39,628 nucleotides of DNA, taken from Armatimonadota bacterium. Lineage in GTDB: Bacteria; Armatimonadota; UBA10988. A program made the translations under genes and the position numbers. The notes under the pieces are model-generated. The model made no database searches. It saw nothing but the letters and a program-made list of their open reading frames with translations, and was not told the origin of the DNA. The stretch lies in contig JACRKZ010000078.1 of the NCBI GenBank assembly GCA_016235455.1, positions 1-39,628 on the forward strand, in the 5' to 3' direction. Shown one piece after another: positions 38,114 through 39,628 of this stretch. Position 1 is the stretch's first letter, and every line of letters begins with the position of its first letter.

Positions 38114-38929
38114 ATGACGCAAGTACCGCCACGACTGCATGTGTACCTGGCGCGCGAGGCGCCGGTTGGCGTCATCCTGCGGCGTGGTCCAGCGCGAGCG
38201 GCCTGCCTCATCGCCTGGGACCGCGAGCACGACACGTTCGAGGTCGGGCAGTGGGTCAAGCGCCGGGTGTATGAGGACAGTTGCGATCTGTCGCCGGATG
38301 GGCGGCACTTTATATACGTGGCCATGACCAAGGGTGAGACCTACTGCGCGATGGCCCGCGTACCCTACTTCACGGCCATCGTGTGCTGCGGCAACAACGG
38401 GCGATGGGGCCGAGGCGGCTACTTCGTCGATAGCCGGCGTTTCGCCATGCCATGGGCTGGCAGCGGGTTGGTGACTTCGGCTGCGGCCTCGGGCCTGGTG
38501 CGAGTCGACGAGGCAGAGGCCCAGGATCCCGGTCACTGGGCGGCGCGGTTGGAGCGGTCTGGATGGACGCCCGGACCTGACCGTCAGCTGCCGAACAACT
38601 GGGACGGACAAAAGGTGCATTGGCGCGAAACGGCCAGCCAGTGGCGTCTGGAGCGGATCAGTGCGCCCTTCAAGCTGAGCTGCCCATGGCACATGAACCA
38701 CGAGGCCACGTATGCGCTGTGGCAGCCGGAGACCGACGAGCGGATCGAGCAACCCGACTGGACCTGGGCTGACTGGGATCGCAACCGAATCGTCTGGGCT
38801 GCCGCCGGCTGTCTCTGGACCACGGACGTGACCGACGCCGGCCTGGGGGAGCCGCGCTGCCTGCATGACTTCAACGGCATGACCTTCGCCGAGCTGATGG
38901 CCCCTTACGAGGGCGTGCCTCGGCTCTGA
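38114..38929 (+). CDS. Hypothetical Trp-rich protein (possible beta-propeller-like fold)
   Basis: RLHVYLAREAPVGVILRRGP, GQWVKRRVY, DLSPDGRHF, WADWD, LHDFNGMTF; G-rich RBS upstream. Confidence 0.8.
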   Translation: MTQVPPRLHVYLAREAPVGVILRRGPARAACLIAWDREHDTFEVGQWVKRRVYEDSCDLSPDGRHFIYVAMTKGETYCAMARVPYFTAIVCCGNNGRWGRGGYFVDSRRFAMPWAGSGLVTSAAASGLVRVDEAEAQDPGHWAARLERSGWTPGPDRQLPNNWDGQKVHWRETASQWRLERISAPFKLSCPWHMNHEATYALWQPETDERIEQPDWTWADWDRNRIVWAAAGCLWTTDVTDAGLGEPRCLHDFNGMTFAELMAPYEGVPRL

Positions 38930-38939
38930 CCGCCCCTTT

Positions 38940-39003
38940 CTCTGCGTCTCTGCGCCTCTGCGGTTGTTGTACTGAACCGCGTGGACGCAGAGGCGCAGAG
39001 GAA
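38940..39003. repeat. Periodic imperfect palindrome (REP-like), CTCTGCG / CGCAGAG units
   Basis: CTCTGCG-T-CTCTGCG-C-CTCTGCGGTT / AACCGCGTGG-A-CGCAGAG-G-CGCAGAG, 8-nt period, 9-nt loop. Confidence 0.8.
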
Positions 39004-39038
39004 CGCACGGCGAATGGGTCAGGCGCTGGAGCCAAACC

Positions 39039-39628
39039 ATGTACCGCTGGACCGCTGGCCTCCTACTCGCCCTGACCGCCGCGCTCGCCGCGCCACCACC
39101 ACCCGAACCCGCCGCGGTCGCCGCGGTCAAGGCCGGCCGGCAGAAGGTCGCCCACGCTAGCTGGTGGGGCTTCGACCCCGCCAACGCCACCGCGCCGCTG
39201 CAAGCCGCGCTCGATTCGGGCGCGCGCGAGATCATTGTCGACAACGTCGGCCTGCCCTGGATCGTCGATGGCCTGCGGCCGCGCTCGAACACCACCGTCA
39301 CCTTCGCGCCAGGCGTGGAGTTGCAGGCTCGTCGCGGGCAGTTCAAGGGCGGCGGCGACTGCCTGGTGACCCTGTCGCAGGTGGACAACGTCACGCTGTC
39401 GGGCGACGGCGCCACGTTCCGCATGTGGCGCGCCGACTATGACGATCCAGCGCAGTACAAGAAGGCCGAATGGCGCCACTCGATCTCCATCCTCAGCAGC
39501 ACCAACATCAAGGTGCTCGGCTTGAAGCTGACCGAGAGCGGCGGCGACGGCATCTACCTGGGCGTGTCCAAGGCCGGCGTGACCAACAAGGGCGTGCTGA
39601 TCCGTGATGTGGTCTGCGAGCGCCACTA
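39039..39628 (+). CDS. Secreted right-handed parallel beta-helix (pectin-lyase-fold) protein, 5' part only
   Basis: Not in the ORF track. Manual translation MYRWTAGLLLALTAALAA...ASWWGFDPANATAPLQAALDSGA...EWRHSISILSSTNIKVLGLKLTESGGDGIYLG, open to the window end. Confidence 0.88.
   Translation, partial: MYRWTAGLLLALTAALAAPPPPEPAAVAAVKAGRQKVAHASWWGFDPANATAPLQAALDSGAREIIVDNVGLPWIVDGLRPRSNTTVTFAPGVELQARRGQFKGGGDCLVTLSQVDNVTLSGDGATFRMWRADYDDPAQYKKAEWRHSISILSSTNIKVLGLKLTESGGDGIYLGVSKAGVTNKGVLIRDVVCERH

Noticed and set aside
38031-39003. Palindromic repeats as a CRISPR array, IS ends or terminators
   Set aside because: There are only two non-identical elements, with no repeat-spacer periodicity, cas or transposase gene, target duplication or U-tract.

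Overview
High-GC (about 70% by eye) bacterial chromosomal window. It comes from a diderm organism (lpxD present) that also carries Firmicutes/Actinobacteria-type GAAC-N4-GTTC SOS boxes; an Armatimonadota-like lineage is inferred, not proven. In order along the window: (1) a minus-strand signalling cluster with an MCP, two paralogous Cph1-type histidine kinases, three receiver proteins and a stand-alone degenerate HATPase, plus a divergent response regulator; (2) FGAM synthase genes (tandem-domain PurS-like, purQ, purL) split by a YneA-like LysM gene with four putative LexA boxes; (3) a low-complexity protein with a sigma-28-like promoter, a MarR gene, and a translationally coupled GT4 / repeat-peptide / S8 protease operon; (4) a MerR-HTH plus VIT-vWA pair; (5) a NAGPA-family protein, Ppx/GppA and a Tat arylsulfatase; (6) an orphan nuoG - membrane protein - coiled-coil protein - lpxD - hypothetical - murB run; (7) secreted beta-helix proteins around a hypothetical gene bracketed by two related periodic palindromes. 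No rRNA, tRNA, CRISPR array or transposase was recognised. The best candidates for something new are the structured terminator-containing MCP leader, the GT4/repeat-peptide/S8 operon, the palindrome-flanked cassette-like gene, and the MerR/VIT-vWA pair with a vWA5A/PARP4-like C-terminus.
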